From the NCBI RefSeq assembly GCF_009914755.1, contig NC_060925.1: a stretch of DNA of 64,000 nucleotides; one strand, given 5' to 3'. Numbering within the stretch: the stretch's first letter is position 1; the number at the start of each line of letters is the position of its first letter. This stretch comes from the human T2T-CHM13v2.0 reference genome, Homo sapiens. Positions 61,198-64,000 of the stretch are shown here, one piece after another. A program made the position numbers and the translations under genes. A model generated the notes under the pieces. The model had not been told where the DNA came from, made no database searches, and was given only the letters and a program-made list of their open reading frames with translations.

Positions 61198-63483
61198 GAC
61201 TAAGATCAGAATTGCTGGCAGTAACCTGTCTTAAACCAAAGCTGTTTCTTCTGTGCTAATGATATAGATTGTGTTTCTCCTCCTAGAAACGTTATGGTCT
61301 GTAATTGATATCATTGCAAACAGAAAGAAGAGGAGTAAAAGACTAACTGCAGGGACAATGACATAAATGTATCAATACACATTACTTATTTTTTTCCAAA
61401 TCTAAAGCAAGTCTTGGGAAATATCTTTGGGCTTCTATTTCTTTTGCTGCCTGGGTATTTCATTTTATCCAGTGTCAAAGGGAACACTGGCTCATCAGTG
61501 GATTGTCAATTATTTCAGAGGATTGCTATAAATGTCCACCACCCACACCCATGCAATTGTACATGGGAGAGTTTTAAGACAAATTTCTGGAAGCAATTTC
61601 ACCTTTGAAAAAGAAACTGGAAAAATCATTTTCCTGGATCTGCTTAAACCATGTTGAATATTTTCTCCCACATTCCATTAGGCAGAGTTTAAATATGATA
61701 AAGATATTATTAAACCAATGGAGCATGTGTTTAGATATACATGCATTAACCTCTGAAAACAACAGCAACAAAGAACCACAAAATGAAGACTTGTTCTTTT
61801 CTCACATCTTTATTACTCACTTCTCATCTTCCTTTCACACTCTTAAACTCTCCAGCTGCTCATCTCTAACTTGCACTGACACTAATTCTGGTAACTCACT
61901 AGATCAGAGACTACTTTAGCCCAAGAAACCTAAATAATTTCTTCCCTTGATTTCCCAGGAAAAAGAAATCTGTCACTTCTTGGAATAGAATTTCCAATAT
62001 GAATACAAAGTAGATTTAATGGCTTTAAATTTTAAAATAACCACCTTTAGTTTATTAAACTGGATTTTTGAACATTGTTAAGTCTGTTTTAATTATTATG
62101 ATGGACTTAGGGTAGTTTAAAGAAAAAGCGGTAAATTTTATCTGCACAATTCAGGGTTTTAAAGTTCTGTTGGGCAGCCATTATATTTCAGGCACTGAGA
62201 TTGGTGCTAGAGATAGAAAGATGAATAGGACACAATCTAAGCCCTCAGTGACCAGACTCTAATAGGAAACATGATGATAGACATGAACCAGTAGCCATGA
62301 TACAGTGCTAGAAGTCCAAAGAAGAAATTCATAAGACCCTGGACAGTGAAGAGATGATGTTTCACAGGGGAATAGAGGAGTGAAGGAAGGAGTCAAAAGG
62401 GGACCACTTCACTAAGGCACTAATGGACCAAATGTCTGCAAGACTTAATGCAGTCACAGTATAGGATAATAGGGGAAATAGAGTAAAACAGCTGGAATGA
62501 TTAGAGTTGTGGTCAGAGATTAGATCCAATCTATGAACATGGGAGTGGATATTGACCTACTGCAAAGGTTAAAGTGCTGGGAAGTCTGAAGGTGAGTCAC
62601 TGACATAGAAATGGAAACTTCCCCAAGAGGATGGCAGGAGCTGCTGGGAAGGGGAATATTTTATAAATCAACCACATATTTACCACCTCAAATTTAACAT
62701 AACCCACATGGAATCCTAGTATCGCTACCCGACTATGTCCTACTCTAATGTCCCAGTCTTAGTAAATATCACCCCGCATTCATCCAGTAGCTCATGCCAG
62801 AATCCTTTCAGTCATTCCTGATGCTGTCTTCTTTCTCACCCCCATGGCTTATGCATCACAAGTCCTAGTGATTCCATGAACAAAGCATGTAAATGCTCTC
62901 CTCCATTTTCAGTCTCTATACCACCACTTTGATGCATGCTTCGCTATCTCCAAAACTACCATTTTCACCTCCCTGGTCCACCACGGTAGCATCCCTCCTA
63001 AATGTCCTGTTTCCCTCCTTACTTCTCATCAACTCCTTTCTTTTATCCTATGATCTTCAAATTTTGTAAATTATTAGTAGTAAAAAAAATTTTAGCATGT
63101 GCCTGCAATGTATGCATATCTGTAAGTTGCAAAGATGTACTACTGTTTCTGTACTAATATATTATACATGTTTAAAATGTGTGCAAAAGTACAAATGTTA
63201 AATGATGAGTACGAAATAGTGCTAAAATATTTTAATCATACTTATTGATCATACAAAACCTTTTTGCTCTCACTAAACATTAATAATAGGAGAAATGTGA
63301 TTTGTATGCTTCATTATTTTTTCAAATCTGGATTTAAAACTTGTAGCAAATCCCAATTCTGCTTCGTCATGCAGTTTATTTTGATGATTAATTTAATAGC
63401 TGTCATGTCTGAAAAAGATAACTCACAGAGACACATAGATCTGGATGAAAGAAGTACATCTTTGATTTTACCAACTAGACATT

Positions 63484-63555
63484 TGTGTCAGTCCATTCTT
63501 GTGTGGCTGTAAAACGTACCTGAGATTGGATAATTCATAAAGAAAAGAGGTTTGT
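63484..63555 (-). mobile_element. Short MST/THE1 LTR end fragment
   Basis: TGTGTCAGTCCATTCTTG..TACCTGAGATTGGATAATTCATAAAGAAAAGAGGTTT, then similarity stops. Confidence 0.65.
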
Positions 63556-64000
63556 ACTAGAGTTGCCCAGCAGTGTTCCAGAGCACTGGCCTTCATATAT
63601 GTTGCATGTGGCCTCTCTGAGGATATTTTGAAGATCCAATCCTGTCCATGCCTATTTTAAGATTTTAGTTTAAATAATACATTCTTCATTTTAGGTTAAA
63701 TAGTTAGAAAAAATATAATTATCACTGAAATTTAAACACTGACATTTAATTATAACTATTATGTATCTCCTTAAATGTGCCACTGAAACATAAATGCCAA
63801 AGTGAATTGATACCCAACATAAGGCTAAATAGCACAGGGAAAGCTCTTCTCATTGCATCCATCAGGTGATGCAGAATTTTGATTCATCCCATGACTCATG
63901 TTATTAACCAGATGACAGAAGGTGCTGTCTGCTAGCCTTTTCCATTGGAAATCTCCTCTTTTCTCTGTCTATTTAATGCATATTTTTTTTGGAAAGGCAT

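Overview
Primate (most likely human) genomic DNA from inside the KCNK2 (TREK-1, K2P2.1 two-pore potassium channel) gene, transcribed on the + strand. Three internal coding exons with canonical AG/GT boundaries lie at 13062-13222, 15855-16041 and 38809-38948. By my recollection of the gene model these are exons 4-6. They encode the end of pore loop 1, M2, M3, pore loop 2, M4 and the start of the C-terminus. The rest is intron, rich in repeats: about 15 Alus, several L1s (including a near full-length old L1 with another L1 nested in it), MaLR solo LTRs, hAT MITEs, L2 relics, a ~1.2 kb almost pure A/T tract and several local tandem duplications. Nearly all ORFs in the supplied track are L1/Alu/LTR remnants or noise. 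I see no novel gene or multi-gene system. The most interesting sequence-level observations are: (1) a perfect 72-bp inverted copy of unique sequence inside the AT tract; (2) an inverted L1 pair bracketing the frame-symmetric 348-nt exon 4-5 cassette, which could give a stop-free circRNA or in-frame double skipping; (3) an L1-in-L1 insertion truncated at the position homologous to its own target site; (4) unusual splice acceptors at exons 4 and 5. Repeat subfamily calls come from memory of consensus sequences, and repeat boundaries are approximate unless a TSD is quoted.
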